Below, in pieces: positions 10,931 to 20,060 of a stretch of DNA of 64,000 nucleotides. Each line of letters starts with the position of its first letter. Position 1 is the stretch's first letter. This DNA comes from Deltaproteobacteria bacterium (GTDB taxonomy: Bacteria > Myxococcota_A > UBA796 > UBA9615), in contig PBPL01000255.1 in the NCBI GenBank assembly GCA_002724675.1, forward strand, positions 23,553-87,552, written 5' to 3'. A program made the position numbers and the translations under genes. Below the pieces are notes generated by a model that saw only the letters and a list, made by a program, of their open reading frames with translations, was not told the DNA's origin and ran no database searches.

Positions 10931-11718
10931 CACGCCAGAGCCAATTCTCTCGTCGTGGCGTTCTCCAGGCCCTGGCTGCTGCCACGGGCACCGGAACTCT
11001 AGGCTGGAGCGGAGACCTCCTCGCCCTGGGCGATCGAAAGGTTGGGGTGGCGCGCCTCGACCTGCCCGACCTGCCCGATCCGCGACCTGGCGCGCTGACA
11101 GATCTGCTGCGCGAGGTCAGCCACAATAGCTCCATCAGCGCGGAGGTTCGGCCGGCGCTGGTGGACCCAGGATCGGAGGCGCTGTTCGAACATCCGTTCG
11201 TGGTGCTCTCGGGGGATCGGGGGTTCGAGCCCCTGGGGGATCAAGCGCTCGCCAACTTGCGGCTGTACGTGCGCGAGGGTGGACTGCTCTTTGTGGACGA
11301 CGCCACAGGACTCGAGCGCTCGGCGTTCGACGACAGTGTGCGCCGGGAGCTGTCCCGCCTTTTGCCCGGAACCCCACTTCGGCGCATCGGCCGTGACCAC
11401 GCCATCTACCGCTCGTTCTTTCTGATGCGTGGAGTTGCGGGACGCATGGTCGTTCAGCCCTACCTCGAGGGGCTCTGGCTGGGAGACATCACGCCCGTTC
11501 TGTATTCCCGGAACGATCTGTTGGGGGCCGTCTGGCGGTCCTCAAGTGGCGGCTACGCTCTGGAGGTCGTCCCCGGCGGAGAGCGCCAACGCCTCCAGGC
11601 TCGCCGTATGGCCATCAACCTGGTTTTGTTCGCCGTCACCGGCAACTACAAGCGCGACGTCGTGCACGTAAAGACGCTGCTCAAGCGCATGCGACGGCAG
11701 GGGGGCTACGGAGAGTGA
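10927..11718 (+). CDS. Tat-signal exported protein, DUF4159-like with a possible class-I glutamine-amidotransferase-like fold
   Basis: Twin-arginine motif SRRGVLQALAAATG at the N-terminus, with the start ATG at 10927 overlapping the upstream stop. An internal FVVLSGDRGFEP…LYVREGGLLFVDDATG block resembles GATase1/ThuA-like folds. Assignment is by resemblance. Confidence 0.5.
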   Translation: MTRQSQFSRRGVLQALAAATGTGTLGWSGDLLALGDRKVGVARLDLPDLPDPRPGALTDLLREVSHNSSISAEVRPALVDPGSEALFEHPFVVLSGDRGFEPLGDQALANLRLYVREGGLLFVDDATGLERSAFDDSVRRELSRLLPGTPLRRIGRDHAIYRSFFLMRGVAGRMVVQPYLEGLWLGDITPVLYSRNDLLGAVWRSSSGGYALEVVPGGERQRLQARRMAINLVLFAVTGNYKRDVVHVKTLLKRMRRQGGYGE

Positions 11719-14006
11719 ACGGCAACCTCGTCCAGCAGATCTCCTTCACCTGGGATCCGCTGCTCCCCGACCTGTTGTGGGTGCCTTCGGCGCTCGTGGC
11801 GATGGCGATCCTCGCGCTGTCGTTGCGCGCCTCGGTTGGGTTGCCTGCGTGGAAGCGGGGGTTGCTTGTGGGGCTGAGGGCCCTCGCCTTTGCCTTGCTC
11901 GCGGTCATCCTGGCCGGACCTTCTACGCTGCGCACGGAGGGGAGAGAAGTGCGGGACCCCTATGTCGTGTTGATCGACGGCTCCCGCTCCATGGCGGTCG
12001 AAGATCAGGAGGGGACCCGGTCGGGGGCGGTAGCTCGGTGGCTTGCACGCCACGAGGGCTCGTTTCGGACTCTGGCGGAAGAATACGACCTGCGGTTCTT
12101 CGTGGCGGGAGACGAGCTGGCGCCCCTAGCCCTGGACCAGGCCATTCCTCGAGACGCCCTCAGCGGCTCCATTCCCACAAACGGGCAGGGCACGGACCTG
12201 GGTGCAGCGCTGTTCGGCTTGTCCGATGCGCTCGGCGGAACGAGACCGGCGAGCGTCCTGCTCGTCTCCGACGGCGCCGATCGGGCGGCGCTAGGCCGGG
12301 CCTTTTCAGACTCGGGTGCGGAGGGGGTGGAGCAGCTATCAGCGGGGCTCAAGTTCCCCGTCTCTACCTGGATGGTGGGCGACGAGGACGGGCCCCGAGA
12401 TCTGGCGATCACCAACCTAACCGTGCCGCCCTTTGGCTTCGTGCGCCGCCCGCTCAGCCTCCAGCTGGAGGTGACCTCCCGGGGGCTGCCCCAACGCACG
12501 CACGTGGCTACCCTGCGATCCAATGGAGAGGTGGTCGCGACTACCGAGCTGCACTTCGACGAGGATGGAAGGAGCGCCGTGGACTTCGAGGTGAAGCCCG
12601 ATGAGATGGGCTTTCACACCTACGACGTCAGCATCCCTACACCCGAGGGCGATGCAATCCCGGCCAACAACCAGGCCGAGGTGACAGTCAAGGTGATCCG
12701 GGACCGGACCCGGATCCTCCAGGTCACCTCCCGCCCGTCCTGGGACGTGAAGTTCCTTCGAAGGCTGCTCAAGACCGACCCCAACATCGATCTCGTCTCC
12801 TTCTTCATCCTCCGGAACAGCGAGCGAGGTGGGCAGCTCGCCCGCATGGGAAACCTCTCGCTCATCGCCTTTCCTTACGAGGAGCTGTTCACTCAGGACC
12901 TGGAAGGATTTGATCTCGTCATCTTCCAGAATTTCTGGTTTGGCTCGTTCACCCATTACCCAGACACCGAGTTCGTCCGAAACATCAGGGACTATGTGAG
13001 CAGGGGAGGGGCCTTCTTGATGATCGGTGGGGACAACTCGTTCGGGGAGGCCAACTATGGATCCTCGCCCCTCGCAGAGGTGATGCCCACTCAGATCCCA
13101 GATGCGGCATCCATCACCCAGCCGTTTCGGGCGGTGCTGAGCGAGGCCGGGCAGCGCCACCCCGTGACTCGACTGGTCCGCGAGGGCGATCGCAACCTGG
13201 GCCGCTGGGAAGATCTGCCGCTACTCCACGGCTGGAATCCCCTGGGAGCTCCCCAGGAGGGTGGGGTCGTGCTCGCCACAGCTGGTGCAGGCGGCCCGCC
13301 CATCGCCGCAGTGCGCACGGCGGGCAAGGGCCGCACAATGGCCTTCGCCACCGACACCACTTGGCGCTGGGCCATGGCCGGCACCGAAGGACCTGGAGCA
13401 GGTCAGGACCACGCTCTGTTCTGGCGCAACGCCATCCGTTGGCTGATCAAGGACGCGGAGGAAAAACAGGTGCAGTTGGTCTTGGATCGGGAGAACTACC
13501 AACTGGGCGATCCCATGCAGGTGATGGTTCGCGTCCTCCGGGAGGACTACTCCCCGTGGGCCAACGCTCAGGTGGTGGGTCGCGTTGCGCTCCTAGGCGG
13601 CGGCGATGCGACCCCTATCGAAGGAGTCACCGATGCTGATGGTCAATTGACAGTCCTGCTTCCGTCGACCGCCCAGGGCACCGTTGTGGTGGAGGTCGAC
13701 GTTCCGGACGTTCCTGCTCCCTTTGGTCACGCGGAGGCGCGGGCCTCCATCAGCGACCGACAGGGAGAGTTTCTGGACGCTCGAGTCCGCCCGGGGCTCC
13801 TCAAGGCCCTGTCTGAGGCCACCGGCGGCAAGGTGCTGGGGGGGCGGGATCCCGACCCGCGACTCGCGGCTACTGGCGGCGGAAACTCGGTGCTGGCGGT
13901 CGATCGAAAAGTAGAGTCGCTCTGGAATCGATGGTGGTTGCTGGTGGTCTTGGTGTTGCCGCTCGGCGCCGAGTGGGCGACGCGGAGACGGATGGGACTG
14001 CCCTGA
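11715..14006 (+). CDS. Membrane protein with a VWA domain and a C-terminal GATase1/ThuA-like domain (BatB/BatA-related)
   Basis: N-terminal TM helices. VWA MIDAS motif VVLIDGSRSMAVED. A C-terminal block FQNFWFGSFTHYPDTEF…SRGGAFLMIGGDNSFGEANY. A final TM helix (WWLLVVLVLPLGA). The start overlaps the upstream stop. Confidence 0.6.
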   Translation: MNGNLVQQISFTWDPLLPDLLWVPSALVAMAILALSLRASVGLPAWKRGLLVGLRALAFALLAVILAGPSTLRTEGREVRDPYVVLIDGSRSMAVEDQEGTRSGAVARWLARHEGSFRTLAEEYDLRFFVAGDELAPLALDQAIPRDALSGSIPTNGQGTDLGAALFGLSDALGGTRPASVLLVSDGADRAALGRAFSDSGAEGVEQLSAGLKFPVSTWMVGDEDGPRDLAITNLTVPPFGFVRRPLSLQLEVTSRGLPQRTHVATLRSNGEVVATTELHFDEDGRSAVDFEVKPDEMGFHTYDVSIPTPEGDAIPANNQAEVTVKVIRDRTRILQVTSRPSWDVKFLRRLLKTDPNIDLVSFFILRNSERGGQLARMGNLSLIAFPYEELFTQDLEGFDLVIFQNFWFGSFTHYPDTEFVRNIRDYVSRGGAFLMIGGDNSFGEANYGSSPLAEVMPTQIPDAASITQPFRAVLSEAGQRHPVTRLVREGDRNLGRWEDLPLLHGWNPLGAPQEGGVVLATAGAGGPPIAAVRTAGKGRTMAFATDTTWRWAMAGTEGPGAGQDHALFWRNAIRWLIKDAEEKQVQLVLDRENYQLGDPMQVMVRVLREDYSPWANAQVVGRVALLGGGDATPIEGVTDADGQLTVLLPSTAQGTVVVEVDVPDVPAPFGHAEARASISDRQGEFLDARVRPGLLKALSEATGGKVLGGRDPDPRLAATGGGNSVLAVDRKVESLWNRWWLLVVLVLPLGAEWATRRRMGLP

Positions 14007-14107
14007 GCCTGGGGCGCCCACTGTGGGCGCCTCGACTGCGTGGTATAAGCCGCCGTCCCTCGGGACAACCGTTGTCACGCCCCGTCGTCCCCCGGAGCCC
14101 AAGAGTC

Positions 14108-14677
14108 ATGTTGCAGGTCACCGGCGGCTCCCTCCGAGGACGTCGACTGAAGATAGCCCCAGGAGAGAGCATCCGTCCGACCGCGTCTCGGGTGCGAGAA
14201 GCCCTCTTCTCGATCCTGGGGCAACGACTGGACGGCCGAAGAGTGCTCGACTTGTACGCTGGCGCGGGGACTCTTGGCATCGAGGCCGCATCCCGAGGGG
14301 CTGACGACGTCGTCTTTGTGGAGGTGGATGGCAGCCACGTGGAGCTGCTACGCCACAATGCCCGTCTCCTGGACGGCGTCGCCTCTCATCGCATCCTCGG
14401 CCTAGACGTTCAGCGCGCCATCCAGCGACTCCGCAGCGAGGGAGGTGGCTTCGACCTCGTCTTCCTCGACGCGCCCTATGGCAAGGGGCTGAGCACAAAG
14501 ACCCTCGAAGCCCTAGGGGCCACGGGCTACGAGGTGCTGGCTGCTGGAGCAGTCGTCGTGGTCGAGACCGATGCACGAGAAGACCTGCCCGAGCAGGTCG
14601 GGCGATTCCGTGCTGATGACTCCCGCACCTACGGCAAGACAGGACTGACCTTCTACCGAAATGGAGAGACCACCTGA
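14108..14677 (+). CDS. rsmD: 16S rRNA (guanine966-N2)-methyltransferase RsmD
   Basis: SAM-binding motif LDLYAGAGTLGIEAASRGA and the (D/N)PPY-type motif FLDAPYGKG, about 190 aa. An internal ATG at 14108 is chosen over the ORF start at 13931. Confidence 0.8.
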   Translation: MLQVTGGSLRGRRLKIAPGESIRPTASRVREALFSILGQRLDGRRVLDLYAGAGTLGIEAASRGADDVVFVEVDGSHVELLRHNARLLDGVASHRILGLDVQRAIQRLRSEGGGFDLVFLDAPYGKGLSTKTLEALGATGYEVLAAGAVVVVETDAREDLPEQVGRFRADDSRTYGKTGLTFYRNGETT

Positions 14678-15177
14678 TGACGAATCGCGTCGCCATCTAC
14701 CCCGGCAGCTTCGACCCCATGACCATGGGCCACCTGAACATCGTTCACCGATCGCTGGAGATCTTCGACCGTGTGATCGTGGGGGTCCTCAACCACCCCG
14801 ACAAGAAAGCGCTGTTCTCGCCTGCCGAGCGTGTGGACCTCATGAAGCGGGTCTTCCACGACGAGAGTCGCGTGGAGGTGGAGAGCTTCGAGGGGCTCCT
14901 GGTGGACTACGTCAAGAAGCAGGGAGCTCACACCGTGATCCGCGGGCTTCGGGCGGTGCAAGACTTTGAGTACGAGTTCCAGATGACGACGATGAATCGT
15001 CGACTGGCTCCCGACGTGGATACGGTCTTCATGATGACCGCCGAGGAGTACTTCTACATTGCCTCACGCACCGTCAAGGAGGTGGCCTCCCTTGGCGGCG
15101 ACATCACGGGGCTCGTGCCAGACCTCATCCGCGACGCCATTCACGCCAAGCTCGCCGACCAAAGGAACGAGACATGA
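14677..15177 (+). CDS. coaD: Phosphopantetheine adenylyltransferase
   Basis: MTNRVAIYPGSFDPMTMGHLNIV… matches the CoaD signature (T/H-x-G-H), 166 aa. Confidence 0.9.
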   Translation: MTNRVAIYPGSFDPMTMGHLNIVHRSLEIFDRVIVGVLNHPDKKALFSPAERVDLMKRVFHDESRVEVESFEGLLVDYVKKQGAHTVIRGLRAVQDFEYEFQMTTMNRRLAPDVDTVFMMTAEEYFYIASRTVKEVASLGGDITGLVPDLIRDAIHAKLADQRNET

Positions 15178-16376
15178 TTCACTGCTCGAAGCGCGTCGCC
15201 GCCATCCCGTCATCCGCCACCTTGGCCATCAAGGCTCGGGCTCGCGAGCTCAGCGAAGCCGGCCACGACATTATCGATCTCTCTGCGGGCGAACCCGACG
15301 GCAGCCCACCACCGGAAGCGGGTGCAGCAGGCATCGAGGCGATTGAAGGGGGCTCGCACCGCTACACACCGGTGCCCGGCATGCCCCAGCTAAGATCTGC
15401 CATCGCGGCCATGTACCGAGAACGACACGGTCTCGACATCGGGCCCGAGCGGGTCATGGTGACCATGGGGGGGAAGCAGGCGCTCTACAACCTAGCCCTG
15501 GCGCTGTTCAACCCTGGGGACGAGGTGATCCTGTTCGCCCCGCACTGGGTGTCCTACATGCCCCAACTCCAACTCGCTGAGGCCAAGGGAGTGGTCATCC
15601 CGACCCGACCCGAAGATGGGTTCCAGCCGGACCTGGACGCTGCTCGGGCGGCTATCACAGACCGCACCCGCGCCATCATCATCAACAGCCCGGGGAACCC
15701 CACCGGGACCATCATCGAGCGAGAACGTCTGGAAGCGCTGGCCCAGCTCGCCGAGGAACGCGACTTGGTTGTGATCTCGGACGAGATCTACGACGGCATC
15801 ACCTACGACGGGGCCAGCAGTTGCTGCTTCCCCACGCTCCGAGAGGGGCTGTCGGAGCGAACCATCATCATCAATGCCGTGTCCAAGACCTACGCCATGA
15901 CTGGCTGGCGGGTGGGCTGGATGGTGGCACCACCCGAAGTGGTTGGCGCCTGCTGCAAGATCCAGAGTCACAGCACGTCGGGTGTCTGCGCGGTCAACCA
16001 GCGAGCGGCGATCGCAGCCATCAAGGCTCCCCGCAGCTTCCTGGATCCCATCCTCAGCGCTCTCACACGCCGGCGCGCTCTGCTCACCGAGGGCCTGGAG
16101 CAGACCCCTGGCATCGAGGTGGGACCCCCACCATTGGGCGCCTTCTACCTGTTCCCCCGGGTGGATGGCTTGTTCGGCCGCACGACCCCCGATGGAACCT
16201 TGCTGACCTCGTCGCTGGAGGTGGCTGACTTCTTCATCAATCAAGCGGGAGTGGCCGTCGTTCCGGGCGAAGGGTTCGGTGAGCCGCGGTGCGTGCGCAT
16301 CTCGTACGCCACCAGCTACGAGCGCCTGTCCAAGGGGCTCGGGCGCCTCCAGGACGCGATCGCCGAGCTCAACTAG
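15174..16376 (+). CDS. PLP-dependent class I aminotransferase, aspartate-aminotransferase-like
   Basis: PLP-lysine region NAVSKTYAMTGWRVGWMVAP and the typical length of 400 aa. ATGA overlap with coaD. Confidence 0.8.
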   Translation: MIHCSKRVAAIPSSATLAIKARARELSEAGHDIIDLSAGEPDGSPPPEAGAAGIEAIEGGSHRYTPVPGMPQLRSAIAAMYRERHGLDIGPERVMVTMGGKQALYNLALALFNPGDEVILFAPHWVSYMPQLQLAEAKGVVIPTRPEDGFQPDLDAARAAITDRTRAIIINSPGNPTGTIIERERLEALAQLAEERDLVVISDEIYDGITYDGASSCCFPTLREGLSERTIIINAVSKTYAMTGWRVGWMVAPPEVVGACCKIQSHSTSGVCAVNQRAAIAAIKAPRSFLDPILSALTRRRALLTEGLEQTPGIEVGPPPLGAFYLFPRVDGLFGRTTPDGTLLTSSLEVADFFINQAGVAVVPGEGFGEPRCVRISYATSYERLSKGLGRLQDAIAELN

Positions 16377-16386
16377 AGAGCGACTT

Positions 16387-16866
16387 TCAGGCAGCAGGGC
16401 CGGGGCGCAGCCCAATGGCACGAAAGGCCTTGTAGTCCTGCAAGATGGTCCCGTGATCGAAGGCCATGTCGTCGGGCAACTCGTCCACACTGAAGGCTTC
16501 CACCTCGGCGGCATCGGAGCCGGCTCGAGGCCCGGCGCCCCCCACGGGGCGAGCGATGTACACCACAGTCATGGTGTGGTGCCGAGGATCTCGATCCGGG
16601 TGAGAGTAGACCGCTAAGAATTCCTTCAGCTCGACCCGTAGACCGGTCTCTTCGAGCACCTCACGACGCGCGGCATCTTCGGAGGACTCGCCGTAATCGA
16701 TAAAGCCACCCGGAAGCGCCCAGCCCAGAGGCTCATTCTTCCGTCGCACCAGCACGATCAGCCCGCGGCCTAGCTCGACGATCACGTCGACTGTGGGGTA
16801 GGGATTCCTAGGCTTGGAGAGCCCTCCTGGGTCCGGACTGTCGGCCTCGGAGGACCCGTCAGTCAT
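16387..16866 (-). CDS. Nudix hydrolase
   Basis: Nudix box GGFIDYGESSEDAARREVLEETGL (GX5EX7REUXEEXGU pattern). Confidence 0.8.
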   Translation of the reverse strand: MTDGSSEADSPDPGGLSKPRNPYPTVDVIVELGRGLIVLVRRKNEPLGWALPGGFIDYGESSEDAARREVLEETGLRVELKEFLAVYSHPDRDPRHHTMTVVYIARPVGGAGPRAGSDAAEVEAFSVDELPDDMAFDHGTILQDYKAFRAIGLRPGPAA

Positions 16867-17959
16867 GAACTATGGGGCCATGCTGTCGCCGGGGTCGTTC
16901 CCGAGTGAGCTGTGCGCCAGCCGACCGGATCTGCTTGACGGTCCACCCCTCCTGAATCGCCACGTCCGCGTCGACTCCGGCCTTCAGAATCTCTTCGGCC
17001 TTGAAGATGGATAGTCGCCCCGTCTCGATGGCATCTCGCAGGGCGTCATCCTGGGCCACCCTCAGGTAGCGCTGCAGTGTGCGCTTCCGACGGCCGGTGA
17101 TCCGCTCAATCTCTCGCAGGGCCACTTGATCCTCGTGGAGGCGAAGGGTCGACTGGAGCCGCTGCAGTGGTGTGTTCTCGTGAGCCGGACTGCGGGGATT
17201 CTCCATAATCTTCAGCCTGCGGCAGTCGTCTTCGCTGACGCCGCGCCACACGATGGCAGGCACCTTGCGCATCTGAAGCTGCCTGGCCGCCGTGAGTCGT
17301 CGGAATCCGCGAATGACTTGAAAGTAACCGTCCTCGCGTTCCCGCAGAACCAGCGGCTGCCGGACACCCTCTACCTTGAGACTGCGGAGCAGCGACTCGC
17401 TTGGCGCCGTGGTTCCGTCAGCAAAGGTGCGATCCTTGGGGTCGATGCGACCGATGGAGATCTGCTCCACGAGATCCTGCTCTGCGCTGTCCCGATCGAA
17501 GCTCTCGCCGGAACCCGAGGGCGTGCTCACCAGCTCCAGCAAGCTTCGCTGACCCAGGCCTTCGGCCAGAACCGGCCGCTCAGGCATTACCTTGTGCTCT
17601 GGCTCGAGCACGAGCACGCCATCCTCCAACTCCCAGAGCATCCGGGTGCTCTGCTCCATCTGAAAGGGGAATGTGCGGGGCAGGACGATCCGATCCTGCG
17701 AGCCCAGACGAAGTGAGATCCCAGACCGCACCGCCGCCAGATACGGGTGCTCCTGATCCGGAAAGAGCTTTTGAACCTGCTCCGCCATCTCGCAGTGCCT
17801 CTCCCAAGCTCCCGCGGGGAAGACATAGAGCTTCTCGCGTACCGCCGAGACCACGATTGGATCGCCCCGCTCGATGCCGTGCGCATGGAGAAATTCAGCC
17901 GGAATACTCAGTCGTCGTTCCTTAGCGATGTACTTCACTCGGCGTGTCAGCTTGCCCAT
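16859..17959 (-). CDS. Chimeric DNA-binding protein: N-terminal MraZ/AbrB (SpoVT) swapped-hairpin-like domain plus a ParB/Srx N-terminal domain and HTH
   Basis: N-terminus KERRLSIPAEFLHAHGIERGDPIVV resembles the MraZ/AbrB DNA-binding motif (GRLSIP…). Residues about 195–225 YFQVIRGFRRLTAARQLQMRKVPAIVW align with the ParB box II / arginine patch (ELIAGERRWRAAKLAGLKEIPAIV). An HTH-like segment ITGRRKRTLQRYLRV follows. The stop overlaps the Nudix start by 8 nt. Confidence 0.55.
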   Translation of the reverse strand: MGKLTRRVKYIAKERRLSIPAEFLHAHGIERGDPIVVSAVREKLYVFPAGAWERHCEMAEQVQKLFPDQEHPYLAAVRSGISLRLGSQDRIVLPRTFPFQMEQSTRMLWELEDGVLVLEPEHKVMPERPVLAEGLGQRSLLELVSTPSGSGESFDRDSAEQDLVEQISIGRIDPKDRTFADGTTAPSESLLRSLKVEGVRQPLVLREREDGYFQVIRGFRRLTAARQLQMRKVPAIVWRGVSEDDCRRLKIMENPRSPAHENTPLQRLQSTLRLHEDQVALREIERITGRRKRTLQRYLRVAQDDALRDAIETGRLSIFKAEEILKAGVDADVAIQEGWTVKQIRSAGAQLTRERPRRQHGPIVHD

Positions 17960-17985
17960 CGACTCGTCCTCGCTCCCAGGTCGCC

Positions 17986-17999
17986 AGCCCCATGGGGCT
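17986..17999. promoter_or_regulatory. 14 bp perfect palindrome AGCCCCATGGGGCT, 27–40 bp upstream of the ParB/MraZ-like gene start. Candidate operator.
   Basis: Read directly: a86…t99 are self-complementary. It lies in the 5' region of the minus-strand gene starting at 17959. Confidence 0.3.
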
Positions 18000-18164
18000 C
18001 TTGGTGGCGACGTCCCTGTGGACAGTTCCGCTTCTTCAGGGCCTCTCGGCCTACCTACGACGCTATCGGCGCATGGTAAAAGCTGTCAACCCTCACCACT
18101 CAAGACGAGCATTGGTTTTGATCAAACGGGGCCAATGGTAAGGATGTGTTAAGTAATTAAGCTA

Positions 18165-18205
18165 TTGAAGTTACAGAGAATACACTGATAATACATACAT
18201 GTATG
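18165..18205 (+). promoter_or_regulatory. Sigma70-like promoter (TTGAAG-N17-ATAATA) inside an AT-rich island, immediately followed by the 12 bp perfect palindrome CATACATGTATG (18194–18205)
   Basis: -35 TTGAAG at 18165–18170, a 17 nt spacer, -10 ATAATA at 18188–18193. The palindrome starts 1 nt after the -10. The region from about 18100 to 18230 is AT-rich, unlike the rest of the window. Confidence 0.35.
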
Positions 18206-18459
18206 AAGCTGCATGCCAATTGATGGTAAAGACATTGGAACGGTTTCGTGGCCTGAGCGGCGCTGTCCACCGCAGTCTGCGGCTCAGCGGTGTGGAAAAC
18301 CTGTGGATAAAACTGCCCAGGTGGGGCCTTGAGCTTCAGTTACCCACAGACCGCTGGGGCAGAGTCTCCCGGGTGGCGTGGGTTGGCTTGGCCGGGAACC
18401 TGCGCCGGTGCTGGCGCCGGGCCTCGAACTAGCTGGGACGGGGACGCCGCCAACGGACA

Positions 18460-18984
18460 GTGGCTGCTATCATTCGAGCCGCCCCAAAGAAGAAGTGGAG
18501 CCCCCCAGTGGCTGGAGCAGAACAGAGCATTTATGTAGGTGTCCGACCCGAGACTCTCTTCTCGGTCATTACGGACTATGAGAGTTATCCGCAGTTCCTG
18601 TCGGACATGGAGGACGCGAAGGTCGTCAGCCGGGACGGATCGGTGGTGGAAGTGGAGTTCACGCTCAACCTCATCAAGCGGGTTCGATACACGCTTCGAC
18701 TCACTGAAGAAGCCCCCAACAAGGTGTCCTGGAGCCTGGTCGAAGGAATGTTCAAGCGCAACGATGGGAGCTGGCGGCTGGTGGAGCAGCCCGATGGACG
18801 CACCAAGGCGACGTACCGGATCGAGCTCGCCGTTGGCGTCTTCTTGCCCGGCGCCATTGTGCATCGGCTCGTGGGTCAAACCCTGCCGGCCACGCTCGAA
18901 GCCTTTCGGGACAGGGCCGAGGCCCAGGCCATCGAGAAGGGGCCGGGCTTCGTTGATGAGGCTGGCTCCGAGGACAGCCCTTGA
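18460..18984 (+). CDS. SRPBCC-family (polyketide cyclase/dehydrase / RatA-like START fold) protein
   Basis: YESYPQFLSDMEDAKVVSRDGSVVEVEFTLNLIKRVRYTLRLTEE… is typical of the Polyketide_cyc2/SRPBCC family. The start codon is uncertain. Confidence 0.55.
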   Translation: MAAIIRAAPKKKWSPPVAGAEQSIYVGVRPETLFSVITDYESYPQFLSDMEDAKVVSRDGSVVEVEFTLNLIKRVRYTLRLTEEAPNKVSWSLVEGMFKRNDGSWRLVEQPDGRTKATYRIELAVGVFLPGAIVHRLVGQTLPATLEAFRDRAEAQAIEKGPGFVDEAGSEDSP

Positions 18985-20060
18985 AGCAGGAGCGTAGCCA
19001 GACAGCCCTCCTGCTGGTGGCGCTGGTCGTGGTGTCCCTGAGCGGCTTCGCCTTCTGGCGCACATCCCAGGAGCCGGGCAGGGAGCAGCTGTCATCGTCG
19101 CCTCCCCCGCAAGCACAGCCAGAAGTGGTGGAGGCCTCGAGCGAGCCGAGCCTTGCGGACTTGGTGGGCCAGCTTCGCCAGCGGTCCGAGGCCCTCGCAG
19201 GCCTGCCCGAGGGTCCCCAGCGAGAGGAAGTGGTGCGCAAGCTGCTCACCGAGTCCAAAGAAGTGGGCAACCATGCCATCGCCGCCCATAGAGCCGACCT
19301 CACAGCTCGCATCGGCCAGATGCTGATCGATGTGAACGAGACCAAGTTCGCCGAAGCCTTCCTTCAGCGTTCGGTGGGGCTACTCAAGCCTGCTGAGCAC
19401 GGCAAGGACGCCATGTACCCGCTAGCGCAGGTGCGACGGGCGAGCGGGCGTCCACTGGAGGCCGCGTCCCTGTACGAGCGCGCCATCGACATCGAGCCCA
19501 CCATGCCCGCTGAGTTCGTCGGGCTGTCGGACCTCTATCTGGCAGCCGGGCGCATGGGACCAGCGCGCGCCGCCGTGACGCGAGGCCTGGCACGACACAA
19601 GGAGTCCGTCGACCTGGCCGTGCAGGGGGCCAAGGTGGCGCTGTTGGACGGCAAGGCCCCAGAGGCTGCCACCAGCCTTCGGACGATCCTGCAGAGCCAG
19701 AGGAACCACGTGGGCGCCCAGCTGGTGTTCGTGGAAGCCCTCCTGGCGACCGGCGCACTGGCGGAGGCTTCTCGGGAGGCAGAGGGCCTACGCGCGGACT
19801 TCCCCGAGGACCCCTGGGGCTGGATCTTCGGGGGTGCAGTGCTGCGGGCTACGGGTGAGCTGGAAGAGGGCTCCACCATGCTGGCGCGGGCCACAGAGCT
19901 GGCTGGAGATTGTCCCTGCACCCACGAGGAGCGTCTGACGATCGCCTGGGCATCCGAGCTGTCGAAGGCTCCGCAGGTGGCACCTCGAGCACGGACTGAG
20001 ATCCCGAACGCTGCGCCCACCCCGCCAAAGACGTCCCCGTCGACTGGTGCCCCCGGCTAG
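18981..20060 (+). CDS. Membrane-anchored or secreted TPR-repeat protein
   Basis: N-terminal hydrophobic segment ALLLVALVVVSLSGFAFW. TPR-like helical repeats (…AASLYERAIDIEPTMPAEFVGLSDLYLAAGRMGPARAAV…). TTG start overlapping the upstream stop. Confidence 0.5.
   Translation: MKQERSQTALLLVALVVVSLSGFAFWRTSQEPGREQLSSSPPPQAQPEVVEASSEPSLADLVGQLRQRSEALAGLPEGPQREEVVRKLLTESKEVGNHAIAAHRADLTARIGQMLIDVNETKFAEAFLQRSVGLLKPAEHGKDAMYPLAQVRRASGRPLEAASLYERAIDIEPTMPAEFVGLSDLYLAAGRMGPARAAVTRGLARHKESVDLAVQGAKVALLDGKAPEAATSLRTILQSQRNHVGAQLVFVEALLATGALAEASREAEGLRADFPEDPWGWIFGGAVLRATGELEEGSTMLARATELAGDCPCTHEERLTIAWASELSKAPQVAPRARTEIPNAAPTPPKTSPSTGAPG

Noticed and set aside
18199-18432. 77 aa ORF (MYEAACQLMVKTLERF…) in the long intergenic region
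   Set aside because: The translation is Arg/Trp/Gly-rich and low-complexity after the first about 15 codons, and there is no RBS-like purine tract. It is more likely a non-coding leader or sRNA region. Reported as a regulatory region instead.
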